64,000 bases of DNA from Nitrososphaerales archaeon (GCA_038868975.1 JAWCSA010000001.1:6905-70904); one strand, 5' to 3'; positions 16,642 through 27,624 are shown, counted from the first letter of the stretch. Notes: generated by a model not told the origin, from the sequence alone. A program made the numbers and translations.

Positions 16642-18819
16642 TCATCCATAGAATGCCTTATCTATAGGCTTGGGCAAAGCGTAGGTTACATTTTTACTTA
16701 CCGACTCGTACCACGCCTCCACATCTGGTGTTATAGACGGTTTGACACGCCTTAGTGCCTTGTCAAAGTCCGAGGAGTTTATCTCTTTTCTTTTGCTTCT
16801 CATTGCATTAAGCGCAGCCTCTCTGCAAACTCCCATGAGATCAGCACCACTGTAGCTCGCAGTTACCTTTGCAAGGTCTTCCAAGATAATGTCTTTCGCT
16901 AAGGGCATCTTCTTGGTAATTATCTTAAGTATCTCCAGCCTTGATGCGTCATCCGGTGGTGGTATGTAGGTTATCAGATCGAGCCTCCCTGGCCTAAGAA
17001 GCGAGGTATCGACCAAATCTGGTCGGTTTGTTATTCCAACAACTATAACACCTGTCGGACCTATATCCTCCATTTCGGTAAGGAGTTGGCTCAACACCCT
17101 CTCACCAGCCGCAGAATCCTCGCCTGCAGCCCCTCTGGGTCTTGCAATAGAATCCAGCTCATCGAAAACTACTATGCATGGTGATGAGGCTCTAGCCTTT
17201 CTGAATATATCCCGTATTGCCTTTTCTGACTCGCCAACCCATTTTGATAAAACTTCTGGTCCCTTTACCATTATCATGTTAGCACCACTCTCCGTTGCAA
17301 GTGCCCACGCAAGCAGGGTCTTGCCGCAACCCGGTGGACCATAAAGCAGTGCACCCTTTGGAGGCGCTATACCTAGATTCTGAAAGTTCTCTGGTTCTTT
17401 TATAGCTGTAATTAGGTTATCATAAAGCATTCGTTTAACATCGTACAAACCTCCGACATTTTCCCATTTTACCCTGGGCGTTTCAACATAAAATTCTCTT
17501 AAAGCTGTTGGAACAACCTCTTTCATTCCTCCGTAAAAATCTCTGTTTGTTATTATCATGCTTTCAAGCACTTCCGGTGGTATCTTATCACTCTCAAAAT
17601 CTATCTCAGGGAGGTAACGTTTCATAGCCTTCATCGCAGCTTCCCTGCAAAGTGCCTTTATATCAGCACCTGTGTAACCATGCAATTCGTTTGCAAGTTT
17701 CTTCAGGTTAATATCATTTGCTAATGGCATTCCCCTTGTATGTATCTGCAGCACTTCTATTCTTCCTTCAACATTTGGCACACCTACCTCCAGTTCCCTA
17801 TCGAACCTTCCAGGTCTTCTTAATGCTGGGTCAACACTTTCTGGTCTATTCGTTGCACCTATCACTATAACGTTACCTCGCTCCGAAAGTCCGTCCATCA
17901 GTGCGAGCAACTGTGCAACCACTCTCTTTTCCACATCACCAAAAGCTTCTTCACGTTTGGGTGCGATAGCATCTATCTCATCTATGAATATTATGCTAGG
18001 AGCGTTTTCCCTCGCCTCTCTGAATATCTCTCTAAGCCTAGCTTCGGTTTCACCATAGTATTTGTTCATAATTTCAGGGCCGTTTATAGAGAAGAAGTTA
18101 GCTTCAGATTCACTTGCTAATGCTTTTGCGATCAATGTCTTGCCACACCCAGGAGGGCCATAAAGCATGATACCTTTATGCGGTTCGATACCTAAACGCT
18201 GGAATATTTCTGGATGTCTTAACGGCAGTTCAACAATTTCTCTAAGTTTCTCTATCTTCTCCTTCAGACCGCCAATCTCCTCATACGTGACTCTTGGTTT
18301 CTTGCTAACAGTAGCATCAGCTAGTATACCAAGTCTAGTAGTGCGTTCTATGGTTACAACACTTTTAGGCATTATCCTCTGCACTTTAAAGTCCATAGAA
18401 TTACCAAGTATAACAACAGATATCTCGTCTCCTTCAACAAGTGGAAATCCTTTGAGCCTGTTCTTGACAAACTCGCAAAATTCCCTATCAACTGTAATCT
18501 TACTACCCATCGGAAGCAGTGAAACATTCCTGGCAATTTTAGTTTCGATCTTTCGTACTTCAACCACATCGTTAATACCAACGCCCGCATTCTTCCTTGT
18601 CTGACCATCTATACGAATTACGTCTTTATCCATATCATCCTCATCTGCAGGCCACGCACTAACAGCGGTTCTGCTCTTGCCAATCAGTTCTATGATATCA
18701 CCTGGGGCAATGCCCAAGGAATTCATTATTTCATGACTTATACGTCCTCGTTTCTTACCAACATCCCTTTGCTTGGCTTCTGCGATACGCATCTGCACTG
18801 GTTCAGCCTTAGGCTTCAC
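16642..18819 (-). CDS. cdc48: CDC48/VCP-type AAA+ ATPase (two AAA domains)
   Basis: N-domain plus two Walker A sites (GPPGCGKT twice) and two Walker B sites (IIFIDEID, VVFDELD). Confidence 0.9.
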   Translation of the reverse strand: MKPKAEPVQMRIAEAKQRDVGKKRGRISHEIMNSLGIAPGDIIELIGKSRTAVSAWPADEDDMDKDVIRIDGQTRKNAGVGINDVVEVRKIETKIARNVSLLPMGSKITVDREFCEFVKNRLKGFPLVEGDEISVVILGNSMDFKVQRIMPKSVVTIERTTRLGILADATVSKKPRVTYEEIGGLKEKIEKLREIVELPLRHPEIFQRLGIEPHKGIMLYGPPGCGKTLIAKALASESEANFFSINGPEIMNKYYGETEARLREIFREARENAPSIIFIDEIDAIAPKREEAFGDVEKRVVAQLLALMDGLSERGNVIVIGATNRPESVDPALRRPGRFDRELEVGVPNVEGRIEVLQIHTRGMPLANDINLKKLANELHGYTGADIKALCREAAMKAMKRYLPEIDFESDKIPPEVLESMIITNRDFYGGMKEVVPTALREFYVETPRVKWENVGGLYDVKRMLYDNLITAIKEPENFQNLGIAPPKGALLYGPPGCGKTLLAWALATESGANMIMVKGPEVLSKWVGESEKAIRDIFRKARASSPCIVVFDELDSIARPRGAAGEDSAAGERVLSQLLTEMEDIGPTGVIVVGITNRPDLVDTSLLRPGRLDLITYIPPPDDASRLEILKIITKKMPLAKDIILEDLAKVTASYSGADLMGVCREAALNAMRSKRKEINSSDFDKALRRVKPSITPDVEAWYESVSKNVTYALPKPIDKAFYG

Positions 18820-18832
18820 CGCTGGTTACCTC

Positions 18833-19117
18833 CTACCCTCCAGCCTGCCTGCTCAAGTTCATGATCTCGATCTCACTCACCCCTTCGGTACCCTTTACTG
18901 TGTTTTCAAGCTTATCCATCTGTCCCTCCCTATCTTCCAGTAAAAAATCCACAATCAACGCGTACAGTCCAAATGCTATGGGCTCCTTTACAGAATTCTT
19001 AATCTGCATGCCATTTGGAAGTGATGTCCTTAGCTTCTCAACTATGCCATCTAGATTTACATCTACGTCAGTAGGCAGCAGCTTTATTCTTGCAACTAGT
19101 CTAGTCATTACGATCAC
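18833..19117 (-). CDS. Translation elongation factor aEF-1 beta
   Basis: About 90 aa with the pattern ARIKLLPTDVDVNLD...EPIAFGLYALIVDF...EIEIM. Conserved pairing with the upstream Zn-ribbon gene. Confidence 0.8.
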   Translation of the reverse strand: MIVMTRLVARIKLLPTDVDVNLDGIVEKLRTSLPNGMQIKNSVKEPIAFGLYALIVDFLLEDREGQMDKLENTVKGTEGVSEIEIMNLSRQAGG

Positions 19118-19300
19118 CTACGGTCCTTCAAACCCACACTTGGAGCACTTGTATGTTCTGGCAAACTCCCTGCAACTTTCACAGCGCCATAAAAGAACTT
19201 CGCCACATCTTGGGCACATGAACTTCACACATTCGTCATTAGGCATTATGGTTCTATTGCAGGAAGTGCAGATCGGGAACTGCAACTGTTTTTGTGACAT
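19118..19300 (-). CDS. Zn-ribbon protein (COG2888-type, translation-associated)
   Basis: 60 aa with four CxxC pairs (CTSC, CPRC, CESC, CSKC). Confidence 0.65.
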   Translation of the reverse strand: MSQKQLQFPICTSCNRTIMPNDECVKFMCPRCGEVLLWRCESCREFARTYKCSKCGFEGP

Positions 19301-19333
19301 TGTTTGTCAGTGAAATTGAATATAATTTATACC

Positions 19334-20482
19334 TTATGAAAAGAGCTTCCTGATTTCACTTCCAAGTACTGTTTTCGCAATCCTTATTGCACCTTCCACA
19401 CTGAGCAATTTAGATAATGCCTGAGAATGGAAATCGAAATCTCCATCTTCTGAAACACTACCTATTGTTTCAGACGTAATCATCTCGAATATCTCGTCTA
19501 TGGCCTTGTTATCAAGGTGCTCCAGTACCCTCCTAGCTAATAACATCCTGTCAAACTCATGCTTGAAAATTCTAGACCAATCCCTTTCATATTTTTGTAA
19601 TAATCTTAAATCGTTATTTATGATTGCATTTGCAATAGATCTTCCCGCAAGCACTCCTGCCATACCGCATGTGTATATGCCGCCGGCTGTGGTTGGTTTG
19701 GTCTGTCCTGCGGCATCTCCAACCCTGACAATTCGTCCTGATACAAAGCGATCGATCGGGCCTAGGACCCAGATAGGCGCGAATATTTTTCTAATTATAA
19801 CGTGCCTTCCTTTACTGTCCAAGAAGGTTTGCACTGCTTTTGAGGAATTTATGGCCCTACCCGCAGCACCTACTTTTGCTGTTCCATTCCCTGTTGGTAT
19901 TACCCAAGCAAAGAATGAAGGGTAGTTCTTCTGATCAAAGTAAACTTCAACATTTCCGCTTGGCCATTCAGCATATACCTCATACTGTGCCGATAGCAGT
20001 ACACCGTTTCTGTTCTTTCCAATTATGGATGCACATCCTCTAGCATCTACCATTATTTTGCATTTAATATTACCGTTAGTGGTTTCAACGTCTACATGAT
20101 CTTCATATTCATGAAAGGACTTTAAGGAACATTTAACCCAGATGTCTGCACCGCACTTGGTAGATTGTTGTGCGAGCTGTTTATCAAAAGCTCTTCTGTC
20201 GATTGCGATAACACCCTGTTTCTCTGCATTCACAGTAAAACTTGATCCAGACGGAGAGAATATCTCTGCTTTCTTGATGTAACGATGCAAGACGCTGTTC
20301 TTAGGAATGACCCCCAAATTCTTGATGCCCTTGAGGCTAACAAGACCTCCACAGTGTTCTGGCGTGCCTATTTCCATGTCTTCTTCTATCACAAGCACCG
20401 ACAGTCCCTTTGCCGATGCCTCCCTAGCTGCAAGGAGACCAGATACACTGCCACCAGCTATCACTACATCAAAGAGATGCAT
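19334..20482 (-). CDS. Geranylgeranyl reductase-family flavoprotein
   Basis: FAD-binding N-terminus FDVVIAGGSVSGLLAA, the later GDAAG motif and length of about 380 aa. Confidence 0.8.
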   Translation of the reverse strand: MHLFDVVIAGGSVSGLLAAREASAKGLSVLVIEEDMEIGTPEHCGGLVSLKGIKNLGVIPKNSVLHRYIKKAEIFSPSGSSFTVNAEKQGVIAIDRRAFDKQLAQQSTKCGADIWVKCSLKSFHEYEDHVDVETTNGNIKCKIMVDARGCASIIGKNRNGVLLSAQYEVYAEWPSGNVEVYFDQKNYPSFFAWVIPTGNGTAKVGAAGRAINSSKAVQTFLDSKGRHVIIRKIFAPIWVLGPIDRFVSGRIVRVGDAAGQTKPTTAGGIYTCGMAGVLAGRSIANAIINNDLRLLQKYERDWSRIFKHEFDRMLLARRVLEHLDNKAIDEIFEMITSETIGSVSEDGDFDFHSQALSKLLSVEGAIRIAKTVLGSEIRKLFS

Positions 20483-20516
20483 CTAGGTAGGTATTTCTAC
20501 ACTTGATATTTAATGT

Positions 20517-20876
20517 ATGACGTTGGAGTTCAAACAGGTCATTGTAATGAGAAGGGATCTGAAGATGGGCACTGGCAAGATCGCCGTGCAAGCAGCACAT
20601 GCATCTGTACTGGGTGTCGAAAGGGTCAAGTCTGAAAGAAGAAGATGGTTCGACGAATGGTATAGCAGCGGCCAAGCAAAGATAGCCGTTAAGGTGAGGA
20701 GCCTAGAGGAGTTGATGAGTGTGAAGAAGCATGCGGAAGACCTTGACCTCCCTGTAGCACAGGTTGATGACCGTGGTTTGACCCAGTTGCCACCAGGCAC
20801 GACGACATGCATTGCGATAGGACCAGCCCCGGCTGAACTGATCGATAAGGTAACGAAAGATCTAAAATTGCTATAA
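20517..20876 (+). CDS. pth2: Peptidyl-tRNA hydrolase, archaeal type (Pth2)
   Basis: KQVIVMRRDLKMGTGKIAVQAAHAS and the C-terminal TCIAIGP pattern. Confidence 0.85.
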   Translation: MTLEFKQVIVMRRDLKMGTGKIAVQAAHASVLGVERVKSERRRWFDEWYSSGQAKIAVKVRSLEELMSVKKHAEDLDLPVAQVDDRGLTQLPPGTTTCIAIGPAPAELIDKVTKDLKLL

Positions 20877-21126
20877 TCTAGTTTATGTACTCTACAAATT
20901 AACATTTAGAGTTAAGCTAATCTATGTACTAGCTAAAAAGATAGTGCCTGCACGAGTTGTTATACGGCGATGTACAATATATGGAACTGCAGATTAGAAT
21001 TGTAATTTTTACCGTGACATTTCGCCTGCATGCTGGGGGAAATTATCAAATGCAGATGTTGAAGACAAAAAAATGTAATACAAAATGCTATGTGGCGTGC
21101 TCTAGTTTCTATATTAGGCAACTTGC

Positions 21127-22581
21127 TCAAGAAACAGAGATCTGCATTCTCTTTGTAAGAGGCAATATTCCTGGTTCATCTATGCTCTTCCATACAAAAA
21201 TTTCAACTTCGTAATCACCTTTACCCTCAGGGGTCCAAGATATTCCCGCATTGAAGGACTTCTTTGCATACAAGTTTCCCTTGATCCATGTTAGCATTGC
21301 AGTAAATTCGTTTTCATCCTTCACTTGCACTATGTAAGTGAACGCTTGACTTTCATTCCAATTGTTAGTAATTGTTGTCTGGATCATTACTGGCTGCTGG
21401 GTATGAACTTCTTTTATAGCCTTGCCTAGCAGATCAACAAGTTTGATTTCACTGATTGAATATGGATCAACCATAGGAATCCCCACCTCTGGTACCTCTG
21501 GTTTTGTTCCCGTTTTTGGTTCCTCCTTTCCTATACTGATATGCGCATCACTTGTTCCCATTCCCGCTGAAATTGACTTGTTAAAATAATCGAATCTGAA
21601 CTGCACATTTCTTTCCTTGGCGAACATATCAGCCCGACTTGAAGATTTGTCAAGATTTTCAAATGCGCCAGAATTGGGAAAAATTTCAATCAGAGCAGTT
21701 GCTGGCACACCATTGATTGTGTTGGAGAATCGTATGCCATTCTTTCCCTGTAATGATAGCATTTGTTTAATATCAAATCCCATGCTTTGCATAGCGCTGG
21801 TTATTTCTGCCGGTGGGAGTGACGTTGAAGGTTGATAGAAAACTGCGGTGCCACCATCGTCAAATGCGAATATCACCCGATCATCTTCAACTGGATTTAT
21901 ATTCCACATGTAGTCTGACAGTCCGAAGATGATTTCTGCATTGATAGGATAGGAATCTCTATCCAATGATAATGCAATCTCATTTGCTGAGGGTCTGACG
22001 TAGTTCAATGTTACAGACTGACCACTATATCGTACCGAAACCTGGTCGTTTTCGCTGAAACTGAAAAGTCTTATGTAAGGCCACTCAACGCAGGTGTTCT
22101 GGTCGTTAACGAGAGAAGGACAATCACCATTCAAATCTAGATTCGGATTGATAAAGTCATTCATGGGATCGTTCCTGAATGCGGTGGGCAAGGTTGGAAA
22201 TAACACATTCTTACCGCTTGGACCTATGATCCAAAAGTTTCCATTGATATTGCCAGGAAAACCCGTTACACCTGCAAGTGTTGTAAAAGTGCTACCATCT
22301 GCAAAGAACCCATACCATCTGCCGTCAGCCAAATGCACCATGGGTAAATTCACTCCGTTAACTATAACCGAACCAGGATTGGTATCAGGATTTCTTATAC
22401 TCGGGCCATCGATCACAACCTGCACTATCTGTGGTCCAAAAAATTTTCCGCCAGTATCCTTAGCTGAAACTGATAGCACTATCTGTTGAGCATCAGCTTT
22501 GTTTATTAAAACACTCGTAGTGAGTAGTGGTGCTAATAATAACAATATGGATAAAATAATTAATGTATGCTTTTTCTGCAT
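21127..22581 (-). CDS. Secreted protein, short paralog of the giant protein at 52634-57970
   Basis: N-terminal signal/TM (ILSILLLLAPLL). Shares FFGPQIVQVVID, FPTLP, D(Y/F)MWNINPVE(D/E)D and the C-terminal YIVQVKD...E(V/I)FVW(E/K)S blocks with the giant protein. Confidence 0.7.
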   Translation of the reverse strand: MQKKHTLIILSILLLLAPLLTTSVLINKADAQQIVLSVSAKDTGGKFFGPQIVQVVIDGPSIRNPDTNPGSVIVNGVNLPMVHLADGRWYGFFADGSTFTTLAGVTGFPGNINGNFWIIGPSGKNVLFPTLPTAFRNDPMNDFINPNLDLNGDCPSLVNDQNTCVEWPYIRLFSFSENDQVSVRYSGQSVTLNYVRPSANEIALSLDRDSYPINAEIIFGLSDYMWNINPVEDDRVIFAFDDGGTAVFYQPSTSLPPAEITSAMQSMGFDIKQMLSLQGKNGIRFSNTINGVPATALIEIFPNSGAFENLDKSSSRADMFAKERNVQFRFDYFNKSISAGMGTSDAHISIGKEEPKTGTKPEVPEVGIPMVDPYSISEIKLVDLLGKAIKEVHTQQPVMIQTTITNNWNESQAFTYIVQVKDENEFTAMLTWIKGNLYAKKSFNAGISWTPEGKGDYEVEIFVWKSIDEPGILPLTKRMQISVS

Positions 22582-22630
22582 TATTTTTTATTACGATGCA
22601 ATGATATTTAAAGTAAAAGATCAATGATGA

Positions 22631-25165
22631 TTATACAAAAGATCTTTCTCCTTCATTTGGTTCCCCAATCTCTGTGCATTCTTTCTTCAATATTCTATCG
22701 TAAACTTCTAGAGCTGCATACTTGTGCAAATATTCATTATTGTTTCCGCATCTATAGGAGTATGTGCATCGCGGGCACCCACTTTCACTATTACATGGGC
22801 AATCACTCAAGATACTCTTCCCTCTGACAAACGCCTTTTCAAGTCTATCATACAGTACCTTGCTTGCTCCATTACCACCAACACTGGAGTCATAAACGAA
22901 GATCAGCCCAGAGGCGCCAAGAGAGATACCTCCAAGGTCCTGTGAAGCACCTCCGGTTATCATGCTGCTGCCTTCGATAACAACATGTTCAGTTGCATGG
23001 TAACTGCTCATCTCTACATATAGAGGATCTTTAGAGGAGTTTATGGAATGCATTGGCCTGGGCGCTCTGAAAACCAGACCCTTTGTGACAAAATCATGCT
23101 CAAAGGGTTCCTCAAGCATGACCTTCTTGCCCTTTGCAACATCAGATCCTATTTCGATGTTCACATACCCTGTTACACGCTTGTTTACGTGAAGGGAGCA
23201 GTATGCGACCTGCACACCAAAAACGTTTTTTGTATCGTGTATCTGGTCTATGTCAGGCCATTCGTCTTTAAGTGCTTTAGTGTAGTACGGGTAGTCCTGT
23301 GGTATGCTCATAATTTCTGCTTTATACTTCTCTAAAGTTAGTTTCTTAACCATATATCTCCTGCCAGCAAGAAAATAAACAGCGCCGTCATGCAGCTCCT
23401 CCAATGCAATCGGTAAATTTCTCTCCCCAACTTTCTTGCGATTAAAAACGATGTCTACGCTTTTACCTACTCCCCTTATACTCAGATCGTGCAGATATTT
23501 CATAGCTTCTTTGTAATTTGCCACATATCTGTTATTTGAAAAGAGTATCAATTTTTTCTCCTCTAGTTTCTTTACAGTTTCCTTATACCCTTCTGCTTCC
23601 TCCACTGTTAGCGGTTTATCGCAGGTCATCGCCAGTACCTGATACTCCTCAACAAATGGATTGGTTGGGTCTGAATAGGCGTATTCAAAGTCATTAAGAT
23701 AGTCTTCTGGATGGTTCTTGTAGTATTGACTTATAGGTTCGTTACCCAATGCAAGAAATGCGTAGCCATGCTGACCACGTCTTGCAGCTCTCCCAAGTCT
23801 TTGCATCAATCTATTGATCGGAACTATGCTGGAAACAATGCCGTCAACTGCTCCTACATCAATTCCCAGTTCTAGGGTCGGTGTTGAGGATAGCGCCATC
23901 AGCTCTCCTCTCTTAAAAGAGTCTTCAACACTCTTTCTCACACTTGGCATCAAGCCAGCTCTATGCACTTTTATGCTAACACCCTGTTTAGATGCATAGT
24001 ATGCCAGTAATTCGGCATTGATGTGCGAATTTGAGAACGAAATTGCTCTATGTGAATTTGAGGTTAACAACTTGACCAATTCAAGCATGAGGGACCTTTG
24101 GGTTCTGAGCGATGGGAATAAAATTGAGAAATGTATCTTGCCCCTTCTTCCCTTGCCGAGTACAAGCTCCATTTCGCAGTCAAAGAGCTTTTCACAAAAT
24201 TCTTTTGCATTTGGCAATGTTGCGGAGGCAGCCACTACCTGTAGGTCAGTGCAGAAGCGTCGCAGGCGTTTTACTATGTAATGAACGTTCGAACCGAAGA
24301 CACCTGTATAAACATGGGCTTCATCAACAACCAGATGTCTTATGTCCCTTAAGGATCGTGCAAACTTTGTTCTATGCATAAGGTGGTAGTGTAGCACATC
24401 GAAATTTGTGACAACTATATCTGGAGGATTTGATAGTATGCCATGGCGCTCTATTGCAGGGGTATCACCATCAAATACCGCAGTTCGTATGCCAAGAGGC
24501 TCTGCAAGTTCCTTTATTTTCGGCAACTGATCCCTTGCCAGTGCTTTTGTAGGATAAACAAAAACTGCTCTTATGACCCCCTCTCCAGTTCTTATGGAAC
24601 CAAAGCGCTGTACTTCATTTGCGATCTTATGAAGTATTGGAACAGCGAAAGCCTCTGTCTTGCCTGACGCGGTGGGCGCAACGATTACCACATTCTTGCC
24701 AGAAAGTATTTTCATGATAGCCTCTTCCTGAAATTTGAATAGAGTGCTAATCCCCTTCCTCTCTAGGGTTTCGGAAAGAACATCGTTTACCAATTTATCT
24801 GCGGAGCATCCAGCCTCTGGTGCTGGTTCCTCCATTATCCTATAATCAACCACATAGTCTCGCCTAGAAGATAATACGCTCTTGATCAAATTGTCGCCGC
24901 CATTATTCCTTAGCATGGCTTCTATCTCTTCTCTCGATCGAATAATCTGCTCCTTTTCAAGAAGTGTTTCCAATTGACCACAAACAACATTCGTCTTACT
25001 ATCATACAGCTCCAAAAATTCCATGTATGCCAGATCCAGGTCTGAATTGAACGGAACCAGCGCATGTATGGAACAAGTGCTGCAGGAGAATAACACTCTC
25101 CCATCATAGATTCTATCAGCTTCCATAGATCCTTTGCATTTTGGACATCGATATTTGGGCATCAT
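22631..25165 (-). CDS. DEAD/DEAH-box helicase with C-terminal DUF1998 Zn domain (YprA/MrfA-like) and N-terminal Zn ribbon
   Basis: Walker A APTASGKTEAF, DEAH box VVDEAH, C-terminal CPCNSESGCPRCTYSYRCGNNNEYLHK and N-terminal CPKC...CSTC. Confidence 0.85.
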   Translation of the reverse strand: MMPKYRCPKCKGSMEADRIYDGRVLFSCSTCSIHALVPFNSDLDLAYMEFLELYDSKTNVVCGQLETLLEKEQIIRSREEIEAMLRNNGGDNLIKSVLSSRRDYVVDYRIMEEPAPEAGCSADKLVNDVLSETLERKGISTLFKFQEEAIMKILSGKNVVIVAPTASGKTEAFAVPILHKIANEVQRFGSIRTGEGVIRAVFVYPTKALARDQLPKIKELAEPLGIRTAVFDGDTPAIERHGILSNPPDIVVTNFDVLHYHLMHRTKFARSLRDIRHLVVDEAHVYTGVFGSNVHYIVKRLRRFCTDLQVVAASATLPNAKEFCEKLFDCEMELVLGKGRRGKIHFSILFPSLRTQRSLMLELVKLLTSNSHRAISFSNSHINAELLAYYASKQGVSIKVHRAGLMPSVRKSVEDSFKRGELMALSSTPTLELGIDVGAVDGIVSSIVPINRLMQRLGRAARRGQHGYAFLALGNEPISQYYKNHPEDYLNDFEYAYSDPTNPFVEEYQVLAMTCDKPLTVEEAEGYKETVKKLEEKKLILFSNNRYVANYKEAMKYLHDLSIRGVGKSVDIVFNRKKVGERNLPIALEELHDGAVYFLAGRRYMVKKLTLEKYKAEIMSIPQDYPYYTKALKDEWPDIDQIHDTKNVFGVQVAYCSLHVNKRVTGYVNIEIGSDVAKGKKVMLEEPFEHDFVTKGLVFRAPRPMHSINSSKDPLYVEMSSYHATEHVVIEGSSMITGGASQDLGGISLGASGLIFVYDSSVGGNGASKVLYDRLEKAFVRGKSILSDCPCNSESGCPRCTYSYRCGNNNEYLHKYAALEVYDRILKKECTEIGEPNEGERSFV

Positions 25166-25208
25166 ACCTACTGCTGCTTTCTCAACCTTTTAAACCAATT
25201 CTTCCAGT

Positions 25209-25577
25209 CTAAAATAAAGTTTTAAGCATAAGCACCACAAAGGTCGTAAAGAGAACACACGATATTCCTACAGGTATGGAATGGCTTATCACTTTCCTGC
25301 CAAGCCAGAACCAGTTTCCAATTATGACAGATGAAACACCAAATAGTATTAGTGGTAGGTAATTTACATATCGGTCAACCAGCATATTTTGAACGCCCTC
25401 CATGCCTTCCCTCATGCCAAGCCCAACGAATTCATTAAATTGCAATAGGGGGTAAAATATAGTGGAACCAAAGTATAGTGCTATACTTACGAAACCAATT
25501 GCTATCAGCATGATACCCAATACTGTTCTTACGCGAGTTGAAGCCTTGACCTCTTCTTCAGGAATATCATCAAACAT
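25209..25577 (-). CDS. Small integral membrane protein, function unknown
   Basis: 122 aa with about 4 hydrophobic helices and no motif. Confidence 0.5.
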   Translation of the reverse strand: MFDDIPEEEVKASTRVRTVLGIMLIAIGFVSIALYFGSTIFYPLLQFNEFVGLGMREGMEGVQNMLVDRYVNYLPLILFGVSSVIIGNWFWLGRKVISHSIPVGISCVLFTTFVVLMLKTLF

Positions 25578-25750
25578 GTTTTATTATAAACACGCTGGGG
25601 TTTAGATAAAAAATAATGTTTGTAACATCAAGGAAATAAGTACTGCAAGATGGAATTTTCGTATATCTTGAACATGCTAATGAAATTTCGTTTATGACGA
25701 ACAATTTGCATGATAAACTTGTTATAATCAATGGTTAAAGTAAATTAGGT

Positions 25751-26437
25751 TTGGGACTGGGCAGCTACTGGCATGAGATCATAGGTGTTCTTAGAAGCAT
25801 CATCCCCGTATATGATCAGGTAAATCGTGCCATATCGTTAGGCAAAGATGCTGAGTACAGGGCTCATGGCATACGTAACAGGATCAGTTCAGGAAATTTG
25901 GTACTCGATGCCGGCTCGGGTTACGGAAATATGTCGAAAGAAGCAATGAGCCAATGCAGTAACTTGCAGATAACAATGCTTGATCCCATACCGGAAATGC
26001 TGGAGAGAGCAAAGGAGGAATTCAAGGGCAAGAATCATTTGGTATCTGCTGTTTTCGAATATCTGCCATTCAGGGATGGCTCCTTTGATGCCGTTATGTG
26101 CGGCTATTCGTTCAGAGATGCTATAAGTATGAGAACTGCCATTGCAGAGTTCCATAGAGTTCTTATGAATAATGGCAGGTTGATAATAGTTGATATAGGC
26201 AGGCCAGATAACGCTTTGAACAGGGCAGGAGTCTCGTTTTATATTAAATATATCATGGCCTTGCTGGCATTCTTTGTAGCAGGAAATACGGGGTTGAAGT
26301 TCAGAGCAATATATGGAACGTATAAAAGATTGCCAAAAAACAGCGAACTGAAGGAAATGTTGAGAGAAAAGTTTGGCAAAGTTGAATTTGAAACAAGGAT
26401 GATGGGTGGTGCTATAATAGTGGCTGCCTATAAGTAG
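25751..26437 (+). CDS. ubiE: UbiE/MenG-family (demethylmenaquinone/ubiquinone) methyltransferase
   Basis: YDQVNRAISLG N-terminal pattern and SAM motif VLDAGSGYGN. TTG start. Confidence 0.75.
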   Translation: MGLGSYWHEIIGVLRSIIPVYDQVNRAISLGKDAEYRAHGIRNRISSGNLVLDAGSGYGNMSKEAMSQCSNLQITMLDPIPEMLERAKEEFKGKNHLVSAVFEYLPFRDGSFDAVMCGYSFRDAISMRTAIAEFHRVLMNNGRLIIVDIGRPDNALNRAGVSFYIKYIMALLAFFVAGNTGLKFRAIYGTYKRLPKNSELKEMLREKFGKVEFETRMMGGAIIVAAYK

Positions 26438-26445
26438 TGCTAACC

Positions 26446-27570
26446 ATGTCAAGAGTTCTCTTGCTTGTTTACATTCAGGCTTGCATAATCGGGGTAGCAT
26501 ATGGAGCACATGCTCCGCTTCTTCCTGTGTTTGCAAAGCAGGAACTTGCCGCAAGCTATGCTGACATTGGGCTCATAGGAATGGCTAATTATGTGCCTTA
26601 CATGTTCATGCCTGCCTTGGTGGGAATGCTGCTTGACAGGTTCAACAAGGGCTCGATTCTAAGTATTGGAATTACCATTTCTATGTTCTCGGTTTACATG
26701 CTTTCCCTTTCTGCCAGTGTTCTTGATGTGATGCTAATTAGAGCCCTTTCTGGCATTGCGCACGCATTCTTCTGGCCATCAGCGGTTGCAATAGTAACAG
26801 ATGCAGTTGGTCAGGAGCAGAGGGTGCAGGTCATTTCCAGATTTACAATGGCGTGGGTAGGCGGCTATATGGTTGGTCCTTTGGTAGGAGCCTTTCTCTT
26901 CGAGCAGTTTGGTTTCAGAGAGCTATTCCAGTATTCTGCATTCATAATGGTTGCATCATTGATGATCTCACTTTCGCTGATCAGGCATGTAAGAGTAGGC
27001 TATGCAGAAGGTTATTCAGTAAGCACTGTTTTTACCATCATAAAGGCAAATCCAAAGTTAAGCACACTAGTTATGTACTACAGCGCTTCATTTGGTATTG
27101 TATTAACAATATTTCCAGCCTATCTAAAGGATAACATGATAAATGAGTTTGCAATAGGCATACTCTTCTTCATCTTCGGTCTTTCGAGGTTATTTACACT
27201 GCCGTTCACACAAAAATTTGCCAAAAATGAGCGATTCAGCATATTTGTTGCAACGGAGAGTATAGCATTTGCTATGCTTGCTGCCTATGCTATAACAACT
27301 ATCGGGTCTTTCTCCTTATCACTGATCATGTTTGGGTTTGCATTCAGTCTATACTTTCCCTTAACTTTAAGTGCTGTTACTAAAGATACAAGGAGGAATC
27401 TGGTGGGAACGACTATTGGAGCATATGAGACAATATTCGGCATAGGATGGGCTGCAGGATCAGTCGTAGCTGGCGTAGTTTCAGATACTTTTGGAAATGA
27501 TATACCATATATCTCCATGTTCGCCATAGGCATTGCTCTGCCTTTACTTGTATTAGCGTACAAGCGGTAG
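26446..27570 (+). CDS. MFS transporter
   Basis: About 12 predicted TM helices and an MFS loop motif (MLLDRFNKG). The ATG at 26446 is preferred over the GTG at 26437. Confidence 0.75.
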   Translation: MSRVLLLVYIQACIIGVAYGAHAPLLPVFAKQELAASYADIGLIGMANYVPYMFMPALVGMLLDRFNKGSILSIGITISMFSVYMLSLSASVLDVMLIRALSGIAHAFFWPSAVAIVTDAVGQEQRVQVISRFTMAWVGGYMVGPLVGAFLFEQFGFRELFQYSAFIMVASLMISLSLIRHVRVGYAEGYSVSTVFTIIKANPKLSTLVMYYSASFGIVLTIFPAYLKDNMINEFAIGILFFIFGLSRLFTLPFTQKFAKNERFSIFVATESIAFAMLAAYAITTIGSFSLSLIMFGFAFSLYFPLTLSAVTKDTRRNLVGTTIGAYETIFGIGWAAGSVVAGVVSDTFGNDIPYISMFAIGIALPLLVLAYKR

Positions 27571-27624
27571 TACACATATGAAATTGCCCGAAAGTTTATT
27601 TTTAGTTTCATAGCATGAACGATC

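Noticed and set aside
20880-20905. tttatgtactctacaaattaac, resembling the right MITE end plus its ATTAAC target
   Set aside because: Only about 12-15 nt are similar and there is no adjoining MITE-internal sequence. It could be chance in AT-rich DNA, which is too weak to call a solo TIR.
22631-25165. DUF1998 helicase as part of a DISARM-like defence system (DrmA/DrmB-like)
   Set aside because: No methyltransferase, PLD-nuclease or other DISARM partner genes are adjacent. A helicase + DUF1998 fusion with this architecture matches the widespread YprA/MrfA-type repair helicases.
25889-26554. 221-aa minus-strand ORF opposite ubiE
   Set aside because: It is antisense to a gene with clear SAM-methyltransferase motifs, and its own translation lacks motifs and is Cys/His/Gln-rich in an atypical way.
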